Part shown: positions 10,154-20,112 of the stretch, one piece after another | How positions within the stretch are numbered: the stretch's first letter is position 1 | How the letters are laid out: the number at the start of each line of letters is the position of its first letter | Source: Pelagomonas calceolata | Taxonomy: Eukaryota | Length of the DNA stretch: 64,000 nt | Direction of reading: 5' to 3' | Assembly (NCBI GenBank): GCA_918797485.1 | Contig: CAKKNE010000003.1 | Location: 2,790,001-2,854,000 of the forward strand | The notes under the pieces: generated by a model | The model's database searches: none | What the model saw: only the letters and a program-made list of their open reading frames with translations | Told to the model about the DNA's origin: nothing | Position numbers and translations under genes: made by a program

Positions 10154-11398
10154 ATGGAGGGAGATGAGTTCTCCCTGCGGACATCGTCGCCGCGCATCGT
10201 ATCGAAAGCACCCCCCAAAACGCCGGAGAAGCTCCAATTACCGCAGCTCTCCACAAGTTCGAAGGGCCTCTCGAACGTTGAGATCGCGCGCCAACTCTTG
10301 AAGGAGGAGCTCGCGCAGCACAAACAGAAAAAACCACCAGCGGAACCAACAGCCTTCTCCCGCCTAAGCGTGAGGAACCTACCTTGGAAACGCAAGGGCT
10401 TCCTCAAGGACCACCGCAAGCCCTGGGAGCCGCCGAAGATTGCCCTTAAGCAGACCATCGTCCGCGACAAGGCCGCGAACTGTATAATAAAGTGGTGGTG
10501 TTATCATCGTCAGACTTTGTACATGTATCGGTTGCGGGTGCTGTTCTACCAGCACCATAAAGTATCAAGAAGGCGCGTCGTGCGCTTTGGCGAGGAGCAG
10601 AGGTGCGCTTTAAGGGCGCAGGCCCAGAGTTTCAAGGACCATGCGGACGCGCTGTGCGGCGAAGCCTCAAAACGGGGCGGCGACTGGCGTCAGATGTTAG
10701 ATGACCTGGCGGCGACGCGGCATCAGATAGCGAGCCAGCGGAGTGACAACGCGAGGGAGCACGCCGAACAGAGCGAGCGGCGGGCGCGCGACATCGACGA
10801 CGAGGAAGAGCGACATAAACGTGAGGCAAAAGAAGCTGCGCAACAACGGACGGAGGCATTCAACGCCGAGCGGGAGGCTTTGGCAGCTCGAAAGGCGGCG
10901 GACGCTCATAAACTTGCCGTCGACCGGGCCGAGATCAAGGCCAACATGGACTTCAAGTGCGGCGTCGACCCGGTCAGACGGTTCCTCGCGGGACTCGCGG
11001 GCAGCGTGGCGGACAGAGTCCAGCTCGCCGAGGCGCCCGCGCCGGCACCCCTCGTCGAGGCGCCGGCGCCGGCGCCCAACGCCGCCGCGCCGGCGCCGGC
11101 GCAGGGTGGCGTTTACGTGGATCCGATGACGGGCGTGTCTTACGGAGCGGACTACGTCGTCGGCCCGCCGGCGGACGAGGCCGACCTGCGGGAGAAGATG
11201 CGCGCGGACTTTATTCTGTTGATGCGGGCACAGTCATTACTACCCGCGCCGACGAAGGCCCTGCTCAAGTTCTATGCCAAGGCCTGGGACGAGGCGCCGC
11301 CGGCGCACTGGTCCGACGTCATCCGCGGGTTGTGTGATGAGGGCCTCGTCCAGGCCACGCGCGACGCGGCGGGGGAGCCCGTCGAGGTCTGGTTCTAG
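10154..11398 (+). CDS. Uncharacterised coiled-coil protein
   Basis: 414-aa ORF from ATG filling the space between neighbouring genes. Confidence 0.65.
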   Translation: MEGDEFSLRTSSPRIVSKAPPKTPEKLQLPQLSTSSKGLSNVEIARQLLKEELAQHKQKKPPAEPTAFSRLSVRNLPWKRKGFLKDHRKPWEPPKIALKQTIVRDKAANCIIKWWCYHRQTLYMYRLRVLFYQHHKVSRRRVVRFGEEQRCALRAQAQSFKDHADALCGEASKRGGDWRQMLDDLAATRHQIASQRSDNAREHAEQSERRARDIDDEEERHKREAKEAAQQRTEAFNAEREALAARKAADAHKLAVDRAEIKANMDFKCGVDPVRRFLAGLAGSVADRVQLAEAPAPAPLVEAPAPAPNAAAPAPAQGGVYVDPMTGVSYGADYVVGPPADEADLREKMRADFILLMRAQSLLPAPTKALLKFYAKAWDEAPPAHWSDVIRGLCDEGLVQATRDAAGEPVEVWF

Positions 11399-11419
11399 TC
11401 GTCTAAATAATCGCTGTGT

Positions 11420-12547
11420 TTACTTACGCGAAGCCGCAGTAAGTATCGCCCGGGAGCTCCACCGCAGGTCTCCCTTAATTCCCTCTGTGAGCGGGTGCGC
11501 GCCACCGAGCACTTGCCGCGCGGTCCGTCCCGCGTCCTCGAGTGTATTCACGGCCTCGCGGAGGTCGTCGAGCGTGGCGGCGGAGTTCTTGTAGAGCCCC
11601 TTCGCGTAATTCCACCTCAACCTGAGCGTAAGATCATTACCCTCTCCAAGAACGCGCCGCGCCACCGGCATCGTCTTGCGCAGCACCGACTTGGCTTCTT
11701 CGAAGCGCTCTAGAGTGACAAGAGTCGACGCGTAGTTGTTGGCCGAAATAAGGGTTCTCTCGTTTTCTTCGCCATAGAGTTTCAAACGTCCAGAGTAAAC
11801 TTCCTGCCGCATGCGTAGGGCCTCTTCGACGCGTCCTAGCTTTTCATAGGTGTTTGCAAGATTGTTCTGCGCGACGAGTATGTTTTCCTCTCGTGAGCCA
11901 AGTCGCCGCTTCATAGCCAACTCGGCCAGTTGCACGGACAACGCGGCCTCGTTGTCTTTTGAGCCGAATAAACCGTTCCCGAGCACCTCTATCGCCAAGC
12001 GCCGAGCCCAGTCCGTCTCCGGCCGCCCCGCGTACGTCTTCCAGCACGCCCACCCGAGCGCGCACTTCACGTCGCCGTGGTAGCGTTGCTCGCACAGGCT
12101 GCACGAGTACCACCGCGCCCATCTCTCATTCACGACTTTCTCACCCCAATTGTTCTCCACGGCCTCCTCGAATAAAATCTTCGCCTGCTCCGCCAAGCAC
12201 GACACGTGCGCGAAGCCCGCCGTCCCGCGGCACGCGCACCCGCGCACGAGGCCCTCCTTTGTCTTCCAGTGGAGGGCCTGCGTGCAGATGAAGCACGTCT
12301 GGCCCTCCGTGTCATCCGCGCACGCCTCCGCCGCGACCGCGACGGCCTCCGTATACTTCGTATTTGCGTTGTATTGCTCTGCGCCGCCTGCTTTCTTTAT
12401 TTTCTTGCAGAGATTATCGTGGCCACCCTCTTGCCAGTGCTGCACCTGGCATTCAGCCCCACAATAGCGCGTGCTGCAGCGGCCGCATTTCTTGCCCAAA
12501 GTTAGGCCAAGGTCGGTGGCGCAGACGGCGCACTGCGTGAGGATCAT
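11420..12547 (-). CDS. MYND zinc finger + RING-variant + TPR (kinesin light chain-like) protein, paralog A
   Basis: CAVC..CGRCSTRYCGAECQVQHW..H..C; CFIC..GCACRG..HVSCL; NNLANTY/ANNYA TPR-like repeats. Confidence 0.85.
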   Translation of the reverse strand: MILTQCAVCATDLGLTLGKKCGRCSTRYCGAECQVQHWQEGGHDNLCKKIKKAGGAEQYNANTKYTEAVAVAAEACADDTEGQTCFICTQALHWKTKEGLVRGCACRGTAGFAHVSCLAEQAKILFEEAVENNWGEKVVNERWARWYSCSLCEQRYHGDVKCALGWACWKTYAGRPETDWARRLAIEVLGNGLFGSKDNEAALSVQLAELAMKRRLGSREENILVAQNNLANTYEKLGRVEEALRMRQEVYSGRLKLYGEENERTLISANNYASTLVTLERFEEAKSVLRKTMPVARRVLGEGNDLTLRLRWNYAKGLYKNSAATLDDLREAVNTLEDAGRTARQVLGGAHPLTEGIKGDLRWSSRAILTAASRK

Positions 12548-12610
12548 CTTGCACGCGGTCAAATCGCTCGGGGGCAGCCGTACGAAGCAAAACGCGTCTT
12601 GGTCTCTCTG

Positions 12611-12636
12611 AGCTAGTGCCTTACAAGACGCTAGCT
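12611..12636. promoter_or_regulatory. CTAG-box intergenic motif (reverse orientation)
   Basis: agctagtgccttacaagacgctagct. Confidence 0.75.
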
Positions 12637-12849
12637 AAAGCTGCGCCGGTGCTTGAGCTCGGCCCCGCAGCGCTCCCAGAGAATTGGCCGTTGCGGAGGT
12701 GAAGACCTCAAGTAGTACTGCGGCCCTCCTCCCGGAGCGGCGGGGCGCGTCCCTGAAACGCCAGAGACTGCTTTCAGGTCAGGTGGACTCCACGCCACGC
12801 AAAGAACTCCGCGCGCGGACGCGCGTTAGGTCACAAGCACCCAAGAACC

Positions 12850-15714
12850 ATGTTCGACGGCAGCGCCGTCGAGAAGCGCAGCGTGAACCTCGGCGGCCGC
12901 CGCCGCGACAACGCGAGCGCGTCGGAATTAGCGAGGCGCGCCCGCGTCGAGCGCGCCGCGCGCGCCGCCGAGGCGAAACGACTCAAGAGTGCGCAGTGCG
13001 TCCAGAGGTGGTACCGCGGCCGCCGAGCAGCTAAAAGGTGGCGCGCCGAGTTAAGACGCAACTTCGACGCGCGCGTGCAAGATTTAGAGAGGGTCCGCGC
13101 CGCGCTCGCGGCGCAGCACGTGCCCTTCGCGCCTCCAGAAAACGTGGCGGCGAAGCTCGTCGCGGGCTTCGTGGCTTTTGATAGTGGCGCTTCGGACGCG
13201 ACGCGCCTCGAGAGCGCCTGTACCTTATTTCTGGGCTGTGCCTCGAACCCGCCGTCGCGGGCGCGCGGCGTCATCCAGAGCTGCGTCTCGGCTTTGGAGC
13301 GCGGCGAAAATGTAGGAGCGGGCGTCCAAGGCGCCCTGAACGCGCTCCAGGACCCGACGCTGTTGGTCGAGGTCGGTCCGCGCTGCTGCGCCGTCCGTAA
13401 TTCTTTAATCGCATCGCGGGTCGCGGCGGCGGCCGTGCGCATTGGAGGCGAGGGCCCCCGCGCGGATGCTTGCAGAGCCGCTTATTTACATTTGCTCGCG
13501 TCGACGCAACGGACGCGGCGCCTCGACGCGCCTTTATTGGAGGAAGCAGGCGTATTACGGAGGGCCTGCGACGCGCTTACATCAAAGGCCGACGCGCGGA
13601 TCCTTGCCGTGTTGATGGACTTGGCGCCCAAGGCGCCGGTCGACGACGCGTTGCCATCAAGCGTCGCGCGCGCGGCCTCGATGCTCGTCCAGACGCTGCC
13701 GCTTGAAATACAAGGAGAGAAGATGGACGATTCGTCGGACTCGGACGACGACGCGCGGCGGGGCACGCTGTTACTCGCCGACGCTTTGTCTGACGCCTTC
13801 GCGGCGCGCGACAGAAGGGCCCCCCGAGGGTCCATAGACCTCGCACGCGTCGCGAGACCTTTTTGTGCTTGGCTCTGCGACAAGGCTACTGTCTCATCAG
13901 AAGCGGCGCGCGCGGCCGCGGGCTTTGGTTCTGCAGTTTTAGCAAGGTGCGCGACGGCACAAGCCCTACTAGGCAAGGCGACGGCCCAGCCCTTGCTGGC
14001 GGAAGCGGTCTTAGACGCGGCGGCCTTCTCCCGAGAAAGGGGCGCGGTAGTGAGGGCACTGTTCGCGGAGGTCGATAATGAGGACGCTCTGCTACTCTTC
14101 GCGGCGTCTTTCGCGTTGTTGCTACGCGCGTTGGACGATGCTGCTTTAGCGGCAGGCTGGTCCGGCGACGACCTGCGAGGTATCGTATCATTACTATCGA
14201 AGTTTCTGAGGAGAGAAATGTGGGACGAGCCGATACTACAAAAAGACCCCGACGCCAAACGGCTCGCCACGGTGGCGGTCTGCGCTAGACTGTTTTCGCA
14301 GCTGAGAGATAGGGTGGCGAGGCAGTTAGATGATGATCAGTTGTGGCTCTGGGACGGCGTTCGCGCGGCTTCTGTCGAGATCCAGGCGCCCCCACCTCCA
14401 CAAATGGAGGAAGATGATGATGAGGACGCCATGGACGTCGACGGCGACCTGCCCTGGGCTAGAAGACAGCAACCACAACCTATGCCGAGTGAAAGGCCGC
14501 CCCTACACGCTTCGCTCGAACCTAGAGTAGCCCAAACGTTAGCCGCGTGCCCGTTTGTGGTAGGATTTCAACAACGAGTAGCTCTATTTCAGGGCAGAGT
14601 AGAGAAGGACAGGCAACAGCGCCAGAGCGACGCCGGGTTTGATATGTCGATGCGACCTCTGGGGTTCAGGGTCAAAGTCCGACGCGACCAGATCTTCGAG
14701 GACGCGTTCCGCCAGCTCCACAAGTTATCGAGTGATCAACTCAAGGGCCGCGTGCAAGTCACGTTCATCAGCGAGACAGGACAGGAGGAGGCGGGCATTG
14801 ACGGGGGTGGGGTGTTCAAGGAGTTCCTCGATCAACTGACCAAGGCCGCCTTCGGGTCTTCGGGATTGTTCAAGGCCTCGCCTACTACTGGGTTATTGTA
14901 CGCTTCTGGCTCGTCCGATCTAGCTCGCTATGAATTCTGCGGTCGTATTATTGGCAAAGCGTTGTATGAAGGTGTCTTGGTCGAACCTAGGTTCGCGCGC
15001 TTCTTCCTCAACAAGGCCCTAGGCAAGTACAACTACTTCGACGATCTTAGGAGTTTAGATGGCGATCTATATGGCAATTTGGTACGGTTAAAACACATGA
15101 ATCCATCGGAAGTAGATGCTTTAGATCTTAGTTTTGCTATCACGGTAAACGGTAGAGATGTACCTCTATCGGATACCGAGACGAAAGTAACGGCAAAAAA
15201 TCGAAGCAGATACGTCCAACTCGTGGCGCACCATCGCCTGAACGTGGAGCCCGCGAAGCCCTGTGCGGCCTTCTTGAAAGGTCTGAGGGCCGTGATAGAT
15301 GCGACGTGGCTTAGAGCCTTCGATCCAGATGAACTACAAGTTTTAGTGAGCGGTGCCGACGTCTCCGTAGACGTAACAGACTGGCAGCGCCACACGCACT
15401 ACGGGGGCGGCTACCACCCCTCCCAGCCTTTTATTAGGTGGTTCTGGGAGGTCGTGTCGGAGTTTGATGATCACGACCGGGCGGCATTACTGAAATTTGT
15501 GACGGCTTGCAGTCGGCCGCCTCTGCTCGGGTTCCGCATGCTGTCTCCCTCGATATCTATTCATCAAGTCAGTATACATGCGGATGATGATAGATTGCCC
15601 ACAGCAGGAACGTGCATGAATCTGCTGAAGCTACCGAGGTACACCTCGAAAGAGGTCTTGAGGGAGAAGCTGCGCTACTCGATCCACAACGGCGTTGGGT
15701 TCGAGCTGAGTTAA
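12850..15714 (+). CDS. HECT E3 ubiquitin ligase, UBE3B/UBE3C (UPL6/7)-like
   Basis: N-terminal IQ-like VQRWYRG; EAGIDGGGVFKEF; RLPTAGTCMNLLKLP; GFELS C-terminus. Confidence 0.92.
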   Translation: MFDGSAVEKRSVNLGGRRRDNASASELARRARVERAARAAEAKRLKSAQCVQRWYRGRRAAKRWRAELRRNFDARVQDLERVRAALAAQHVPFAPPENVAAKLVAGFVAFDSGASDATRLESACTLFLGCASNPPSRARGVIQSCVSALERGENVGAGVQGALNALQDPTLLVEVGPRCCAVRNSLIASRVAAAAVRIGGEGPRADACRAAYLHLLASTQRTRRLDAPLLEEAGVLRRACDALTSKADARILAVLMDLAPKAPVDDALPSSVARAASMLVQTLPLEIQGEKMDDSSDSDDDARRGTLLLADALSDAFAARDRRAPRGSIDLARVARPFCAWLCDKATVSSEAARAAAGFGSAVLARCATAQALLGKATAQPLLAEAVLDAAAFSRERGAVVRALFAEVDNEDALLLFAASFALLLRALDDAALAAGWSGDDLRGIVSLLSKFLRREMWDEPILQKDPDAKRLATVAVCARLFSQLRDRVARQLDDDQLWLWDGVRAASVEIQAPPPPQMEEDDDEDAMDVDGDLPWARRQQPQPMPSERPPLHASLEPRVAQTLAACPFVVGFQQRVALFQGRVEKDRQQRQSDAGFDMSMRPLGFRVKVRRDQIFEDAFRQLHKLSSDQLKGRVQVTFISETGQEEAGIDGGGVFKEFLDQLTKAAFGSSGLFKASPTTGLLYASGSSDLARYEFCGRIIGKALYEGVLVEPRFARFFLNKALGKYNYFDDLRSLDGDLYGNLVRLKHMNPSEVDALDLSFAITVNGRDVPLSDTETKVTAKNRSRYVQLVAHHRLNVEPAKPCAAFLKGLRAVIDATWLRAFDPDELQVLVSGADVSVDVTDWQRHTHYGGGYHPSQPFIRWFWEVVSEFDDHDRAALLKFVTACSRPPLLGFRMLSPSISIHQVSIHADDDRLPTAGTCMNLLKLPRYTSKEVLREKLRYSIHNGVGFELS

Positions 15715-15727
15715 ACATATTGTTCAC

Positions 15728-16102
15728 TTAACTGTCTCTCCCTCTTTTTTTGGGTCCAGGCGTCCCCGCCATCGCGACGCACGGCCTCGCCGCCGCGACG
15801 GCTCTCTCTAAATCGCGCGCCACGTCCCGTCTAGATGCCCCGCGCGGGTCCGCCGCCGTGCGACACTTCGGGCACGACGGAGTATTTGCCAACCATTCCA
15901 GCGCGCACTTGCGGCAGAGCGCGTGGCCGCAGCCGAGCGCGATCGGGTCCGAAAACCAATCATGACAGACCGGGCAGGACAGGGCCTGCTTCAGCCTCAA
16001 GGAAGCTTCGCGGATGCGCGCCCTCAACTCGTCGTTGTCGCCGGCGGGCGTGCAGGGCGGCGGGTCGCTCGCCTTGCGGGCGCGGCGCGTCGCCGTCGCC
16101 AT
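15728..16102 (-). CDS. Small RING-finger protein
   Basis: CPVC..CGHALCRKC..CPKCR RING-HC pattern. Confidence 0.8.
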   Translation of the reverse strand: MATATRRARKASDPPPCTPAGDNDELRARIREASLRLKQALSCPVCHDWFSDPIALGCGHALCRKCALEWLANTPSCPKCRTAADPRGASRRDVARDLERAVAAARPCVAMAGTPGPKKRGRDS

Positions 16103-16368
16103 CCCAACGTTTCACGTCTCGCGTTACAGTGCGGGAGCTCGCGCAGCTATTATTTCGCGAATTATACGTAGCGCGGAATTGATGTGGCCGCGGGCTCCGC
16201 GTCAACGCCAACTTTGGTGCACAGCTGCAAACACTTTGCTCGGGGCGCAGTTCTTGGACAGGAGCCGACGCGTGGGCGCGCTCGCTGCGCGCGTCAATGT
16301 CACCAAGTCTTGCGCTGGCTCGTGCCGTCTGTCAACCACACAGGGCCGACGCAAGATTTTGGTTCTGC

Positions 16369-16392
16369 AGCTAGCGGCTGTAAGGCACTAGC
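16369..16392. promoter_or_regulatory. CTAG-box intergenic motif
   Basis: agctagcggctgtaaggcactagc in a tandem interval. Confidence 0.75.
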
Positions 16393-16438
16393 AAGCAGAA
16401 AGCTATCACACAAAGTTAAGGTTACCCGCGAAGCTCGC

Positions 16439-17659
16439 CTAGAGCTCCACCGACGTCTGCCGCACGCCCGAGATGCGCTCGACGTCCTCCCGCGCGCGCT
16501 GCTTCCGCTCGACGGCCTTCGCCTCCGCCTTCATGCGAAACTCGTCGTCCTCGACGATCTCCTCGAACTCCTGCACGCGCGAGAAGCGCCCGCCGGCCGA
16601 CGACGTCATCGACGCGACCATGATGTTTTTGCCCTCGGCCCGCGCCATGTTCCGGCCCGCGAAGTTTATTACTTGGTCCCGCCTCTCAATCTCCAGCCTC
16701 TCCAATTCATCGAAGCTCACGGCGTGGATGCAGTCGACGGGGCACGTATCAATAGCTTCTTCGATAATCTCCGCCGCATCTCCATGTTGATGAAAAACTC
16801 GAGCCGAGCCGTACGTGTCCTCCATGAAGAAGGTGGCGGGCGCGACCATCGCACAATTATAGCAGCCGACGCACGTCTGTTCATCCACATATGTATAACC
16901 CGCGTGGGCCGGCCTCCCGTTCTTATCTCGCTCTATGAGTAAATGGGAGTCGACCTCGCCGTATTCAACTGATTGCTCCTCGGGCACGGCCTGGATCTTC
17001 GTGATCAGATCGAGGTCCGGGATTCGTACCCGAGTCACCTCGACGACTTCCGGCTCGAAGCCCTCGCCGTAGTCGGCTATACAAATGCCGAGGCCGACCT
17101 CTTTCAACGTCGCCTCGTACCAGACGCCGTCGTCCTCGCAAAGGACTTCCACGGAATCGCCGGCGTTGAGCTGCGGGTGGCTGAACTCCACCCCTGCATT
17201 TTTTGTCGCGCTCCGCGGCGTCGCGAGAACATCCAACGCGAGCTCGGCGTCGTCCGTGGGCTTCATGACGAGCTCGTCGTCGTCGTCGTCGTCGAGGCTC
17301 TCCGTCGCGCTCCGCGGCGTCGCTAAAACGTCGAGCGCGAGCTCCGTGGCGGCGTCGTCCTCGAGGCTCTCCCACTCCGGCCCGCCGAGACCCTCGGGCA
17401 CGAAGGCCGGCGCGGCGTCGGCGACCCAGGCGCCAGTCTCGACGGCCGGCGCGTCCCAGCCGCCGGCCCAGTCCGCGGCGGGCGCGGCGGGTGCGGCGTC
17501 CTCGGGCGCCGTCGCGACGACCGCGTCCGGGTCGAGCTGCGTGAAGAAGTCGTCGAGCGCGTCCGTGTCCGGCGCGAACGGCTTCGCGGTCGGCTTTGGC
17601 CGCCGGCCGGGTGGCCGCAGCGCGCCGGCGCTTACGAGCCACACAATAACGCTGCGCAT
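16439..17659 (-). CDS. Plastid-targeted 4Fe-4S ferredoxin-domain protein (CDJ/DJC76-type ferredoxin domain) with a Tudor-like domain
   Basis: YVDEQTCVGCYNC..AP..F..GSARV..AIDTCPVDCIH; GDSVEVL..DGVWYEATL Tudor-like segment; signal-like leader. Confidence 0.8.
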   Translation of the reverse strand: MRSVIVWLVSAGALRPPGRRPKPTAKPFAPDTDALDDFFTQLDPDAVVATAPEDAAPAAPAADWAGGWDAPAVETGAWVADAAPAFVPEGLGGPEWESLEDDAATELALDVLATPRSATESLDDDDDDELVMKPTDDAELALDVLATPRSATKNAGVEFSHPQLNAGDSVEVLCEDDGVWYEATLKEVGLGICIADYGEGFEPEVVEVTRVRIPDLDLITKIQAVPEEQSVEYGEVDSHLLIERDKNGRPAHAGYTYVDEQTCVGCYNCAMVAPATFFMEDTYGSARVFHQHGDAAEIIEEAIDTCPVDCIHAVSFDELERLEIERRDQVINFAGRNMARAEGKNIMVASMTSSAGGRFSRVQEFEEIVEDDEFRMKAEAKAVERKQRAREDVERISGVRQTSVEL

Positions 17660-18012
17660 GCTTACAAGGCTACACGTCGCATTTTGCTCGTGCGCGGCGC
17701 GAACGCTACTTCAAACTGATCGACGAGGGTACAGAGATGCCCAGGAGGTTGTCCGCGCCGTTTCGCAACGAGTCGAGGCGAATTCGACGCGGTCGTGGCC
17801 AGCCGCTCGTCTTTGCTCTGCTCAAAGGCACGCGCGCTTGGGGTCGGCATCTGAGGGCCCGTTGGAACGAGTTGCTATTGACTTCCCCGCATTGCTTGAC
17901 GCACGGATCCTCGGGCGCCTCATCCCCATTGCAGCGCGGAAAGTGAGCACAAGTCGACCCGCGCGGCCCGGGAAACGAGTCACATCCCCCCCAGGGGCTC
18001 CGCCCACTAGTC

Positions 18013-18034
18013 CTAGCCTCGTAACAATACGTAG
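18013..18034. promoter_or_regulatory. Degenerate CTAG-box motif
   Basis: ctagcctcgtaacaatacgtag in a tandem interval. Confidence 0.3.
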
Positions 18035-18061
18035 GTAAAAGAGTCACACACAAACACTTAC

Positions 18062-19342
18062 TCACGCACAAACGTGCGCATGCAACAGCCGCTTCGACAC
18101 TTTCGTCTCATCCTTCAGCTCCGCCCGGAGCATGTACGCGTGGAAGTGCGACACGTCTCCGCGCTCGCGACAGAACCACGCGTAGACTCTTTCCACTTCC
18201 TCGGCGGGCGCCTCGCCGTCGCCGAGCATCGGGAAGGAGCGCCACCGTCCGGACCTCGCAGCTTTTGCCGGTTGCTTCCAGCTTACCGGTTGTTGCGACC
18301 ACAGATCCACAATCGCGCCAGAATGCGTGCGGGCAGGCATGATCTCCCACGTGACGTGGTCCTCGGCGCCGGCAAACACGTTCCAGCGGTTGTGGAAGAT
18401 TGCTTTGAGAGGTTCCTGCGTGGCGTCCCTACAACTCGCCATATCAAGGACGCCATGCGCTATGGAACCCAAGGAGAAGAGAACGATCACGACGACGCCG
18501 CACCAGTCCCGGTAGGAGGCCCGTTTTTGTTCCTTGGCCGGTAGAGGTGGCTCGACGAAGAGCCACGCCGCGCACGCAAAGGCTGAGAGCAAACCAGCAC
18601 CGTTCATCGAGAGGCCGATGCCGGCGTGGAGGAGGACTATCGTTGCTGAGGCGACACGTCGAAGGCGATGCCATTCAAGGTAGAAGGCCGCGCAGGCGAC
18701 GACCGGCGCGAAGGCTTCAACGTATGGCACTACAATTGTAGCATACCGCACGCCGCGATCTCCTAACAATGTACGTGTGGTCTCGCCCACGAAGGTATGC
18801 CTCAAATAGGCGTCCAGGGCGTTTCCCTCAAAAGACCATCCGTGTAACGGGTCCCGTATTTTCGCCCGGCCCGCGTCCCAATAGATCCAGAGCAGCTGGC
18901 CCCACCTCAATATATATGAAGCCGTCCGCGCGCGCGTCGGCTTCGCCAGGGCGTCGGGCGCCGCACAGAGCCACAGCAGCAGAATGTGCGCGTAGCGGTC
19001 GAGGATGAAAGCTAATTTGGCGTGCCGCGCCGTGACACTCGCGTAGAGCCAGAGCGAGAGCACGGCGCAGCGGCGCGGCTGCCTGTTTAGCGCGAGGCCC
19101 AGGGCTAGTAAAACTTGGAGCAGGGCGAGGCCGCGCTGCCAGGTTATTGAACCGGACCAGGCGTGGACGACGAGCAGTCGGTGGAGCGCGTCGTTGTTCA
19201 CTTGTGCTTGCCAGTTTGCGACGGGCAGGATGCCCTCGTCGCTGTAGCAGGCTTCGAGGACGTCCCAACGTTGCACTACGGTGCAAATTATGAGCAATGC
19301 CACCGCTTGGCGGGCGCGCGCGTCGGCGTCGTGGGCAGCCAT
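18062..19342 (-). CDS. HTTM-like multi-pass membrane protein
   Basis: YSDEGILP, several TM helices, QLLWIYWDAG, LLHAGIGLSM, RWNVFA, GRWR resemble bacterial HTTM-domain proteins. Confidence 0.6.
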   Translation of the reverse strand: MAAHDADARARQAVALLIICTVVQRWDVLEACYSDEGILPVANWQAQVNNDALHRLLVVHAWSGSITWQRGLALLQVLLALGLALNRQPRRCAVLSLWLYASVTARHAKLAFILDRYAHILLLWLCAAPDALAKPTRARTASYILRWGQLLWIYWDAGRAKIRDPLHGWSFEGNALDAYLRHTFVGETTRTLLGDRGVRYATIVVPYVEAFAPVVACAAFYLEWHRLRRVASATIVLLHAGIGLSMNGAGLLSAFACAAWLFVEPPLPAKEQKRASYRDWCGVVVIVLFSLGSIAHGVLDMASCRDATQEPLKAIFHNRWNVFAGAEDHVTWEIMPARTHSGAIVDLWSQQPVSWKQPAKAARSGRWRSFPMLGDGEAPAEEVERVYAWFCRERGDVSHFHAYMLRAELKDETKVSKRLLHAHVCA

Positions 19343-19485
19343 GTGGTTTTGGTGTAGCACTGATCGAAAAACGCTGCGATTTGGAGTGCGCGCGAGTTTT
19401 GTGGTTGCTGTGAGTCTTAAAAACGCACGCCTGCCGGCAAGGGGGCTGTAGCAGCTGATCTTTGCAAAGCGCGTGAAAGCTGAAA

Positions 19486-19509
19486 ACTAGCGTATACACA
19501 CACACTAGC
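19486..19509. promoter_or_regulatory. CTAG-box intergenic motif (variant spacer)
   Basis: actagcgtatacacacacactagc between divergent genes. Confidence 0.55.
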
Positions 19510-19593
19510 AATCCAAAAACGAAGCCGGCAGCACCTGTGCCGCTTGTATCCACGCGCCGTGGCATTGGGCAGCCTCCATAACTCAGGAGCAAC

Positions 19594-20094
19594 ATGGCCA
19601 GCCTCCCCAAGCCACCGATCAACAACGAGAACGCCCCACCGACGCCACCCCATGCACCAGTCCAGGAGGTCGAGGAGGTGGACGCCGCGCCCGCACAAAC
19701 GCACGAGCACACGAACGGAGAAACGGACATCCTCGACCAGCAGCTCGAGTGCCTCGAAGGCAGCCTCCGGAGCGCGGATGTTGACGAGACCGCGTTGAGC
19801 CTCGCGACGGCGCTGGCCGAGAAAGGAGACGACGCGTCGATCATGCGCGCGCACGCCGTGCTCGCGGAGTGCGGCGTGGCCATGGGCCTCTGGGACCTGA
19901 ACAAGTTGCCGACGAAGGCGTCCGGGGACGCCAGGCCCGTCGGTGCTATGTACTCGACGACCGCAGAGGTCCCGCGGCCGCGCTACTACAACGCGACGCA
20001 AATCCAAGCCAAGGAAACGAGGCGCGTCTCGCTGGACCTCGCGAACGCGTCGACGACGAGCTTGAAGAATGCGCCGAGTCTATCAGGAGAGTAA
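19594..20094 (+). CDS. Hypothetical protein
   Basis: 166-aa ATG ORF in caacATG context; converges tightly on the next gene. Confidence 0.55.
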   Translation: MASLPKPPINNENAPPTPPHAPVQEVEEVDAAPAQTHEHTNGETDILDQQLECLEGSLRSADVDETALSLATALAEKGDDASIMRAHAVLAECGVAMGLWDLNKLPTKASGDARPVGAMYSTTAEVPRPRYYNATQIQAKETRRVSLDLANASTTSLKNAPSLSGE

Positions 20095-20112
20095 ATCAAA
20101 TCACAGTCAATC

